Notes under the pieces: generated by a model | Database searches by the model: none | Told to the model about the DNA's origin: nothing | The model's input: the letters and a program-made list of their open reading frames with translations, nothing else | Made by a program: the position numbers and the translations under genes | Shown here: positions 51,568-64,000 of the stretch, piece after piece | Numbering within the stretch: the stretch's first letter is position 1 | Layout of the letters: each line of letters opens with the position of its first letter | DNA from: the human T2T-CHM13v2.0 reference genome, Homo sapiens | DNA length: 64,000 bases | Reading direction: 5' to 3' (one strand) | Assembly (NCBI RefSeq): GCF_009914755.1 | Contig: NC_060933.1

Positions 51568-54218
51568 TGAGTAGCTGGGACTACAGGTGTGTGCTACCAC
51601 GCCCAGCTACTTTTTGTATTTTTAGTAGAGATGGGGTTTCACCACGTTGGCCAGGATGGTCTCCATCTCTTGACCTTGTGATCCGCCTGCCTCGGCCTCC
51701 CAAAGTGCTGGGATTACAGGCATAAGCCACCGCGCCCAGCCTATTAAGTATTAACTCACATGATCACAAGGTCCCATAATAGGCCATCTGCAAGCTGAGG
51801 TGCAAGGAGAGCCAGTCCAAGTCCCGAAACTGAACCTGGAGTCTGATGTTGGAGGGCAAGAAGGGGATAAACGCACAGGAGAAGGATGTAGGCTGGGAGG
51901 CTAGGCCAGTCTCATCTTTTCAGGTTTTTCTGCCTGTCTTATATTCACTGGCAGCTGATTAGATGGTACCCACTCAGATTAAGGGTGGGTCTGCCCTTCC
52001 CAGCCCACTGACTCAAATGTTAATGTCCTTTGGCAATACCCTCACAGATACACCCAAGACCAATACTTTGCATCCTTCAATACCATCAAGTTGACACTCA
52101 GTATTAACCATCACAAGCCCTATGAAATAAAAAGTTTTATGACCCCTTTCTTCCCAGAATTATGAATGCCAATTTACTTGCTCTACATTTACGCAACTTC
52201 CATGACCTGGGGTAGGTAGGTATGCAATGTTGTGTTACTTCCCCATTGTCCATATCCACTTGTGTCCCTGGCCATGGCCAACTAATTTACAGGTTGAAAC
52301 ATTTCCCAGCACCTTGGAAGGCTGTGTGGTGGGAGGATTGCTTGAGGTGAGGAGTTCAAGACCAACCTGGGCAACATAGTGAGACCCCTGTGTCTATAAA
52401 AAGTAAAATTAGCCAGGTGTGGTGGCACATGCCCGTGGTCCTGGCTACTTGGGTGGCTGAGCCCAGGAGGTTGAGGTTACAGTGAGCCATGATCATGCTG
52501 CTACACTCCAGCCTGGGTGACAGAGCAAGATCTTATCTCAAAAAAACAAAACAAAACGAAACACATTGTACTAGACTGTCTTAGTATTTGAAGCTTGAAC
52601 AGATACACAGAAAAGACAGGGAAGCCACCTACAATGCATTCTAGAAAGATCATGCTGCTGAGGATCATGGAAGCACCTTAGTTCCCATTGTCAAGCTTAG
52701 TTGTTCAGCTCTTCCTTAAGTTATATAAACTATCCCAGAATTCTTCTAAATTCTCCAACCCCTTTAATTTGGTTTAAATTAGCCAAATTACGTTAATGTT
52801 GCATATAACCAAAACTTAAGGGATATAAATTGGTTGGGAGAATGTGTTGTAACCAGTAGTCTGTCAGGAAACTGTTGCATTTTTAGGTAGTTTTATCAAG
52901 CTGAGAAGGGGTGAAATGAGTGAGACTTACCTGACTTTCAAGACATCTATTTTTCAAACCATTTGTTTTCACTTCTTTACTGTGTTATCACCATCCTCCC
53001 AGGACTTTACACCAGAAATCTGAAGGTCACCACTGATACCATCTTCCCCCTTTGCTCCTACATCTAATCATTAGTTACATCTGCCAGGTTCCATATCTTG
53101 AGTATGTCTTTTCATTTCTACTATTACTGCCTTAGTTCAGGTTACTACTTTTCTTACACATTACATTACTATGGGCTTTTAAATGGCTTCTGTGCCTTTA
53201 TCTACTCACAAACTATTCTTCATGCTGCAGTCAGAAGTGTTCTAAGCCAAAATTATTCACCTTCCAAAATGAAGATCTAATTATGTTCACAAGTCCTCTC
53301 CTTCTTCACCCATTCCTCACCTCTAGCATTAATCTAACACTAGGTTAATCAAGGTAATGGGGTAGAAGGTCATGGGTAACTCCAAATCACACTTTAAATG
53401 AACTCTAGTCAAAGTACTGAATACAATGGATTTAAACTTGCTTGGTAAAACTACCTCTAATAATTTAGGAATATATTTGCCTTCTGTGAAAGCCATCGCA
53501 AAGTATAAAAATAGTGTAAGTACAGGTATTTAGGCTCACAAAATATCGTTATGACTGAAAAATTGGCAAAGGTTTTTTGTTTGCTTTGCCTCTTCGTTGA
53601 GCTCTCTTTCCGTAACAAATGGAAATAGAAGCACACAAATTCAAGAAGGGAGGCTCTAACAGACTGAAGATATTGTGGCTTTCAAAAAGGAGAGAACATT
53701 TTAGATGATATGAAGGAAATGTCACCCCGTTACTAAGAATTCACTCTATTCGACAGATATATACACGCTTCAGCAAGTGCTCCTAAGGATGAGAGGAGAG
53801 TAAGTTATTTTCATCTAACAGTCTCTATCAACACTCTTCTTAAAACACCTAATGCTTAACAACAGTCTAAAGAACACACTGGCTACTCATACCTCCCATA
53901 GGCAGAGACCTTGTCCTTTTTGAGCTGCTGTATCTCAGGTAATCAGCAATCACTTAGTGGATGATAATAATTTGCAAATTCCTCTGGAGCCTCTAAAGAC
54001 CGTATCATGAATCATCAATTCAAATGCCTACAGGAGTCGGGCAGGTGATATGCAGGAGGAAATAGAGTCATTTAGGGCCCATAACAAAGGGGAGAGAGGC
54101 CGGGCGCGGAGGCTCACGCCTCTAATCCCAGCACTTTGGAAGGCCGAGGCGGGCCAATCATTTGAGGTCAGGAGCTCGAGACCAGCCAGCCCAACATGGC
54201 GAAACCCCGTCTCTACTA

Positions 54219-54350
<132 letters not shown>

Positions 54351-54739
54351 TCAGCGTGGGCGACAGCGAGACTCCGTCTCAAAAAACAAAACAAAAACAA
54401 AGGAGAGAGTACATAAGCCATCTCCAGGCTAGTTTCTTTAACTAGTCTTCATATAATAATCTCCTCAAGGTCCTGTTCTATCCCTACAAAATACAAAACA
54501 GTTCCTCGTGTCTTCCTTCAAATATACTACAGTCTTTAGCTCATCAGAGTAGCTGAGTTAGTCCAAGGCATAATCCCAAAAGCGAAACTGAATGTCAGAA
54601 TTGATCTCATTTCAACACTCATTCCAGAAGTAAAAACTTCTGCAAGTTCAGCTTTTGACTATGAATTCTTCAGCGCGACTTTTGCAGAGAGCTCTGTTCC
54701 AAGAAGCTGGCGCCTTAACACAAGCTATCTACCGATGCA

Positions 54740-55730
54740 CAAGGGGAGGCTGGCTTGGGTCCAGATTCGGCGGGAGAGTGGAAACGCGACGCTGGCCGAC
54801 TTCAGCCACAAAGGCAATTTCTGCCCAGGGCTAGCGTTCCTAAGAGGGGGCCGAGAGAGCGCCAGGCTCGGGCGTAGGGGCAAGAAGACCTAGAGCTAAC
54901 GCACCTCTCGGAGGGCCCAAGCTCAGGGCTCAGTCACCCTCCCAGCTCGGAGCCGGCGCTGGAACACAGCGGCGCGAGGAGAAACCCCTAGAGACAGGGA
55001 AAAGGTGGACGTAGCGGCTGACGCTGCCCAGACGCTAGGCGCCGACGGGAGCCTGATTGTCACCGTACGACCAGTGAGGGGGCGGGGCGGAGCTGTGCCT
55101 CAAAGCGCCTGCGCGGAGAGCCTGCAATCAGGGACCAGGCTTGGGAGGCGACGAAGAGGAACGCTGGGCGCAGGAGGCCCACTGCATACGCAGGCGCACT
55201 CGGCGATCCCGGCTTTTCCGCGCGCAGTTCCCGCACAGGCATCGGGGGGGCAGGGGCGGGGCAGGGGCGGGGATAAATGCGGAGGGACGGTCCAGCTTTA
55301 GCTCTCTGCTCGCCGCCGCCGCTGTCGCCGCCACCTCCTCTGATCTACGAAAGTCATGTTACCCAACACCGGGTAAGGGGGTAGGGGCGGCGCGGGGAGA
55401 GACCCTGTCGGGCGAAGGGCGCGTCTCGGTGGGGCCGCCGCGGATCGCCCGGGCTGGCCGGCCCGGCTGTGGGAGGTCAAGGATACTGCCTGGGCACGCT
55501 CTGAGCTCTGGTCCGCGCTGGGCACTGTGCACCGAGAATCTGCGGTAACGTGTGAAAAGGAACACAAACTTTTGTATTACAGGATGGCAGCAGTGTAGAA
55601 ACCTTTTCCACGGGTAAAGGGCCGAGGGGGAGTCACCACGCCGCCCCCAGTGCCGGCCCTCCCTGAGTTTAGCAGGAGTGCGTGCCTGGCCGAATGCGTG
55701 TGAGTTCTAGGTGAAAGGTCGCAGGAGCAG
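54740..55730 (+). promoter_or_regulatory. HSDL2: HSDL2 CpG-island promoter
   Basis: CpG-rich, with GC boxes at about 55079-55090 and 55252-55272, NRF1-like GCGCCTGCGC near 55105, and TATA-like GATAAAT at 55272-55278, upstream of the ATG. Confidence 0.88.
55356..55372 (+). CDS. HSDL2: HSDL2 exon 1 coding part (hydroxysteroid dehydrogenase-like 2)
   Basis: aagtc-ATG TTA CCC AAC ACC GG|gtaagg encodes MLPNTG, the recalled HSDL2 N-terminus. HSDL2 is the known divergent neighbour of PTBP3. Exon 2 is not seen in the window. Confidence 0.92.
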
Positions 55731-56278
55731 CTCCAGAGTTTAAAGAGTTTTCACTTGTTCCTGACGCTCAATTCTAGAGTAATAATGGAGTGTTTAAAAA
55801 ATGATTTCCAAATTAGAAACTAAACCGATCTTAAAACATGGGTATCTTTGGGGGATTTTTTTTTCACCTTAAAAAATTGTGTTAAAATACGTACAAAATC
55901 TGCCATCTTAACCGTTTTTTAAGTGTACACTTCAGTAGTGTTAAGTAGATTCATATCGTTGTGCAGTCAATCTCCAGAACTTTTTTCATCTGCAAGCTGA
56001 AACTCTATCCATGAAACAACTCCTCTTCCCCACCTCCGCTCGTACATTGGCAACCACCATTCTACTTTCTGGTTTATGTAAGGTCTGGGTATCTTGAGTT
56101 GAGTGACGTGTTGTCAGATTTTGTAATTTGCCTGAAACATGCAGGCATATAGCCAAAGACTTAAAACAGTTCAAAGAGTATAGGGTAAAAAGTGAGTCTC
56201 CCCATCCCTAAAATCTAGTTCCCCAGTTACTTACGTTTCTATTTCGTGCATGTATGAACATAATTTGTATACATCCGG

Positions 56279-56280
<2 letters not shown>

Positions 56281-56326
<46 letters not shown>
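56281..56326. repeat. (CA)n in HSDL2 intron 1
   Basis: Direct read. Confidence 0.95.
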
Positions 56327-56328
<2 letters not shown>

Positions 56329-56897
56329 CCTTTCTTAAAAATAGCAGCAGACTCTATTCTTGGTCTTGCTACTTTTAGTTGGTATGTCTTGGGACATTCT
56401 TTCTTTGTTTTTTTTAAAGACGGGGTCTCCCATGTTGCCCGGACTGGCCTGTAGCCTTGAACTCCCAGGCTGATGTTCCTCCCTTCTTAGCCTCTGGAGT
56501 ATTTAGGATTACAGGCATGCACCGCTGTGCCCAGGGACATACATTTTTAGTACATGGCAGATCTTCCGCCTCCTTTTTTTTTCTTTTGAGATGGAGTCTC
56601 GCTCTGTCTTCCAGTCTGGAGTGCAGTGGCATGATCTCGGCTCACTGCAGCCTCCGCCTCCCGCAATTCTCCTGCCTCAGCCTCCCGAGTAGCTGGGACT
56701 TCAGGCGCGTGCCACCACGCCCTGTTGATTTTTTTGTATTTTTAGTACAGACGGGGTTTCACCATGTTAGCCAGGATGGTCTCAATCTCATGACCTCGTG
56801 ATCCGTCTGCCTCGGCCTCCCAAAGTGCTGGGATTACAGGCGTAAGCCACTGCGCCTGGCCCCTCCTCCTTTTTAATGGTTGCATAATATTCTGTAA

Positions 56898-56979
56898 CAG
56901 CTTGAGTATCCATTATCCAAAATGCTTGGTTCCAGACGTGTTCGGATTTCAGATTTTCAGATTTGGTTTGCTCAACCTG
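56898..56979. mobile_element. Tigger4/MER46-like miniature element
   Basis: Inverted ends CAGCTTGAG...CTCAACCTG followed by TA. Confidence 0.7.
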
Positions 56980-57030
56980 TATATGAATATACCTTTGTTT
57001 ATTTAACCTGTTCCCTATTGTTGGATACTA

Positions 57031-57420
<390 letters not shown>

Positions 57421-57706
57421 TCATGCCACTGCCCTGCCCTCCACCCTGCGAGAGAGAGTGAGAGTCTGTCTCAAAAAGAAAAAAGAGGAAATGCACTTTA
57501 TATTTTGATAGATATTTCCAGATGACCCCCCAGAAGGGTTGCACACCCAAAAGGATAAATGAGATCCTCTAATCCCACTTGTTGGCTAACCGCAAAATAG
57601 TTAATGATGAAAATCTAATTAGAGAAAAAAGTGTCACCTCATTATTGTTAAAATTTGCATTTATTTTATCACAAGTGTGGATTTGGATCTCTTTGTGTAT
57701 TTAAAC

Positions 57707-57905
57707 CAGGGACAATTTGATCCCCAGAGGACATTTGGTAATATCTCAAGACATTTTTGATAGTCACAATTGAATGGAGATGCTAATGGCATCTCGTGAG
57801 TAGAGTACAGGGATGCCGGTGCACATCCTACAATTCACAAGCATTCCGTACAACAAAGAATTATGTAGTCCAAAAGGTCAGTAGTGCAGAGGTTGAGAAA
57901 CCCTG
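57707..57905. mobile_element. MER20-like DNA transposon
   Basis: GGACATTTGGTAATATCT...GAGGTTGAGAAACCCTG. Confidence 0.75.
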
Positions 57906-58267
57906 GTTTAAAGCCATCTATGTATCTTTATATTTGTCTGGCTTAACAAATGAGGTTTTTCGTTAATCTCTGAGGGCTCTGTGTATTTTAAAAATTTGTC
58001 TTTTATCACATTACAAATATTTTCCACAGTTTTTCATGTTGCATCTGGACTTTGATTATACTGTTTATTTAACATGGAGAAACATGTTTTTGTGAAGCCA
58101 GAGTTATCAGTCTCTTAAGGCTTTTGCATTTTTGAGTTAAACCAAGATCTTTTTTTTTTTTTTTGAGATGGAGTCTTGCTCTGTAAGCCTTTGAGTTAAA
58201 CCGAGATCTTTCTTTCTGTCTTTCTTTTTTTTGAGATGGAATCTTGCTCTGTATGCCTTTGAGTTAA

Positions 58268-58444
<177 letters not shown>

Positions 58445-59837
58445 TAATTTTTGTAATTTTAGTAGAGATGGAGTTTCACCATGTTGGCCAGGCTGGTCTC
58501 AAACTCCTGACCTCAAGTAATCCTCCTGACTCGGCATCCCAACATGCTGGGATTACAGGTGTGAGCCACCGTGCCTGGGCAGATCTTTTTATAATTAGTT
58601 TTCTTCTGATATTTTTATGGTCTTATATTTTTGTATTTTTCAAATATATTTGTATTGTCTATATTTTTTATAGTCAGATTTTTTTATCCCCCTGAGATTT
58701 CTTTCAGGAAGTGAGTTAGGAAGCCCACTTGATTTTTCTTCAGATGGCTGCTCATTTGTCCTAGCAGCATTGACCTAAGAGTTAATCTTTTCTCTTCTGC
58801 TCGAAATTCTACCTCTGTTGTATATTAAATTCTTGCACATATAGTGCTCTGTTTCTGGACTTTCTGCTCTGCTACTTTAGTCTCTATTCATGTACCAGTA
58901 CCAGACTGTTTACTTAATTAATTAATTGAGACAGGGCCTCGCTCTGTCACCCAGGCTGGGGTGCATTGGCACCATCATAGGTCACTGCAGCCTTGATCTC
59001 CTGGGGTTAAGCAGTCCTCCCAGCTCATCTTCTCAATTAGGTGGGACTATAGACATGCGCCATAATGCCTGGCTATTTTTAAAAAATTTTTTTGTAGAGG
59101 AGTCTCACTTTGTTGCCCAGGCTGGTCTCAAACTCCTGGGCTCAAGTGATCCTCCTGCCTCAGCCCCCGAAGTGCTAGGATTACAGATGTGAGCCACTCT
59201 ACCCAGCCCAAACTATTTTAATTGCTCTAGTTTTACAAAATGTTTTAATATGTGGGAAAGCTAGTTCCCACCACATTTGGATTATTTTTCAGAATTTTCC
59301 TGGTTATACTTGGGTATTTATTTTTCCAAATGAAGTTTAGAATAATTTGTATAGTTTTTTGGAAACAGTTGTTCTTCCTTTTACTAAAAATTTCAGTACT
59401 TTTACCTGATTTTGGGGTACCAGAGAATTTTAGTAAATTAAACTGTAAGTTAGCTCTTCATCAGCAAGTTTTAGCCATCTATCAATAATACTAAGAAATT
59501 TGGAGCCTTCTTTGAAGTGCTCTTGCCTTCTATATTCTGGTACTAATGCTTTGGAGCTGGAGGACTTCTTACTGGCACAGATCAGGGTTATGTTTGCTTT
59601 TTTTTCTGCCAATGCCAGAGACTCTGAGTGAGGAAGAAAATGCCCTTTCTCCTACTGGGAATCAATCAAGCTATACTCAAAGCAAAGAGATATGGCTTTT
59701 TTTTACAGCAATAGTTGGGACATTTTCTTGTAAATACTTACATTAAAAATCACTTTAGCCTGTGGTCCCAGCTACTTGGGAAGCTGAGGTGAATCACTTG
59801 AGCCCAGGAGGTTGACGCTGCCATGAGCTGTTGAGGC

Positions 59838-60300
59838 TGTTGTGGTAAACTGAGGACCAGAGAGACCGATATTGGGAAGACAGGAGGATGTTTATTTAAG
59901 GTACTCACCGGCTCAGTGGATTCACATCCAAAAAGCTGAGCCTTGAACAAAAACAGAGTTTAGCTTATATAGGCCAGCATACAAGATCAAAACAAAGGCA
60001 GTAAATTTTACAGTGACAAATCACGTAATCCATAGCATAACTGCTGACCTGGCACTAACCTGTGGCCTTGCATAGCTAGTGGCCTAGCAGCTGCATCGAA
60101 AGAAAAACAGGAACTTTGCAAATCTTACTAAATACAAGCATTGGCAAACATAGTCATAACTAATAGTACAAGAGAGACAGTAAAGGAAATTGTTTTTCGT
60201 CTTTTAACCTTGCTCAGGGGTGTCTGGAGTTCATTTCTGCAGGCTAGGTCACCACGACCTGTCTACAGCCTTGCTTGCAGTAGTGAAAAACTTGTGCAAG
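59838..60300 (-). mobile_element. LTR in HSDL2 intron 1 (family unassigned)
   Basis: Minus strand has TATATAAG, then AATAAA, and ends in ...ACAACA: LTR-like order. Confidence 0.6.
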
Positions 60301-60497
60301 ACTGTCAAAAGAAAAACACAACAACAACAACAACAACAGAACCACTTTAATATTTTATGTATACTACCTTTTGTATGAAAAAAGGAAGGGATAATTTTTC
60401 ACATACATAGAGTGTTTTATATATATATATGTTTGCTTATGTTTGAAAAAAGTACAAAAATGATAGGCCAGAAATTAATGAAGCTGGTCACCTATAG

Positions 60498-60889
<392 letters not shown>

Positions 60890-61201
60890 TAGTAGAGATG
60901 GAGTTTCACCATGTTGGTCAGGCTGGTCTCAAACTCCTGACCTTGTGATCCGCCCACCTCAGCCTCCCAAAGTGCTCGGATTACAGGCGTAAGCCACTGT
61001 GCCTGGCCAATTTTTGTATTTTTTAGTAGAGACGGGGTTTCACCATGTTGGCCAGGCTGGTCTTGAGCTGACTTCAGGTGATCTGCCCACCTCGGCCTCC
61101 CAAAGAGCTGGGATTACAGGTGTTAGGCACCATGCCCGGCCAATTTTTTTAATTTAATTTTTTTTTTTTAAATAGTAACATGGTCTTGCTATGTTGCCTA
61201 G

Positions 61202-61294
<93 letters not shown>

Positions 61295-61696
61295 TAATTA
61301 AAAAAATATTTTTTTGGTAAAGGTGGGGTCTCACTATGTTGCCCAGGCTGGTTTGTAATAATATATTTTAATTCTCTTTTTTAACCCCACAAGTATTATT
61401 TTATTATTATTGTACTCTTTCTAAACAAGATTTCTGTACTTATTTACCAATATCTTTGATTTTCCTATTTTCTTGAATTTCAGACCTTCCATCTGGAAAC
61501 ACTTTTCTTCTGACTGAAGTGTAACCTTTAGTAAATAAGGTGTAAGACAGGAAGAAAAAGTATTTGGATTATAATGAAATAAATAATGCTGTCGTTATTT
61601 GCCGATGATATTATCCTGCACAGAAAACCAAAATAATGTATAACTGAATTATTATAATTAATAAAAGTTTAAGAAAATTGCTATATATAAAAGTCA

Positions 61697-61885
<189 letters not shown>

Positions 61886-63462
61886 CTAGCTATTCAGGAG
61901 GCTTAGTGGGAGGATTAGTTGAGCTGGGAAGGTCAAGTCTCCAGTAATCTGTGATTGTGCCATTGCACACCAGCCTGGGCGACAAAGGGAGACTCTCTCA
62001 AAAAATAATAGTAAGTTAGATTTCTACACGAGCAAAAATCTGCAAGAAGTATATAGTACATGTCAATAAAAATGAGAAGTTCAAAATCCCAGATATGGAC
62101 TCCACTACAGGACATATGATGTATATTCTTCAGCAAATAAATGGCATAAAGAGTGGAAGGGAAGCTGGCAGTGATTAAAAGAGAAACTCTTAAGGTATAA
62201 CAGCCAGATGTAATGTGAGGTCCTTATTGGATCCTGATTTGATCAGGCCAACCATAAGAAAAACTGAGATAGTTATAAAAGTTTGAACATAGACAGATAT
62301 TGAGTGATATTGAGAAATTATTGTTAATTTTCTTGGGTATAATAATGACATTGGTATTTTAAAAGTTTTTATCTGTTAGAAAAGTAAATACTGAAGTATT
62401 CATAGGTGAAAGTATATAACCTCTGGGATTTGGTTTCTTTTCTTTTTTTTTTTTTTGAAACAGGGTCTCACTCTGTGGTTCAGGCTGGAGTGCAGTGGTG
62501 TGAAATCAGCTCACTGCAACCTCCGTGTCATGGGCTCAGGTGATCCTCCAACCTCAGCTTCCTGAGTAGCTGGGACTATGGGTGCGTACCACATGCCTGG
62601 CTAATTTTTGTATTTTTTAGTAGAGATGGGGTTTCTCTATGTTGCCCAGGCTGGTCTCAAACTCCAGGGCTAAAGCGTTCTGCCCACCTCTGCCTCCCAA
62701 AGTGCTGAGATTATAGGCATGAGCCACCATGCCTACCTAGGATTTGTTTTCTGATGATTGCTTTCACAATTTAGTAGTTGAATAAACATGGAAGCTTATT
62801 ATACTCTTTTCTGGTTTTTTAAATGTATTTGAAAATTCCATAATAAAAAGAGTCTTCATTTTTGCACTGATTGTTTATTGGTTGCAAGGGAAGGAATAGT
62901 AACTGTGCAGTGGAGAAATATGGTAACACTATGGTTAGATGATAAAAATTGACATTATAAAGTGAGTACGGATGGACGTTGTATGCTGCCCTGTGGGATA
63001 TACTGAGGAAAATACAGTATCACATGTTCTGGTTGGAAATGCATAACCGGAATCTAATCATGAAGAAATATCAGTTGAATCCAAAATGAGCATTCAGCCA
63101 GGGGTGGTGGCTCATGCTTGTAATCCCAGCACTTTGCAAGACCAAGGCAGGAGAATCGCTTGAGCCCAAGCATTCAAGACCAGGCTGGCCAACATGGTGA
63201 GACCCTGTCTCCACAAAAAATAAAAAAATTAGCTGGGCTTGATGATGTGTGCCTGTAGTCCCAGCTACTCAGGAGGCTGAGGTGGGAGATTTGCTTGAGT
63301 CCAGGAGGTCAAGGCTGCAGTGAGCTGTGATTGCACCACTGTACTTCAGCCTGGGTGACAGGGCAAGACCCTGTCTCAGAAAAAAACAAACAAAAAAAAA
63401 CCCAGGCACAGTGGCTCATGCCTGTAACCCCAGCACTTTGGGAGGCCGAGGCGGGCAGATCA

Positions 63463-63729
<267 letters not shown>

Positions 63730-63805
63730 CTAGCACTTTGGGAACCTAGGTGGGTGGATCACAAGGTCAGGAGTCCAAGACCATGGTGAAACCCTGTCAC
63801 TGCTA

Positions 63806-64000
<195 letters not shown>

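Noticed and set aside
55005-55567. ORFs across the HSDL2 promoter
   Set aside because: Same CpG-island artefact.

Overview
Alu-dense primate (almost certainly human) genomic DNA with about 70 Alu copies plus L1, LTR and DNA-transposon relics. I recognise it as the region between two divergent CpG-island genes. PTBP3 (ROD1) is on the minus strand: exon 1 ends at 8631 and the 34-nt exon 2 is at 5602-5635, together encoding MDGVVTDLITVGLK. HSDL2 is on the plus strand: exon 1 CDS is at 55356-55372, encoding MLPNTG. Between them lie a processed RPL32 pseudogene, an internally deleted HERV-L/MLT2A provirus, nested THE1/L1 remnants and several solo LTRs. Nearly all long ORFs in the track are Alu, L1, LTR or CpG-island artefacts. 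I find no new multi-gene system. The most interesting signals are in PTBP3 intron 1: a frame-preserving 24-nt exon with its own ATG, a possible uORF stop/start overlap, a perfect cryptic donor, and a 166-nt AG-free zone before the regulated exon 2. Others are a strong CTCF motif, a chimeric Alu suggesting a recombination deletion, and a motif-rich MER50-like LTR. Gene and repeat family names come from memory, not database searches, and repeat boundaries are approximate.
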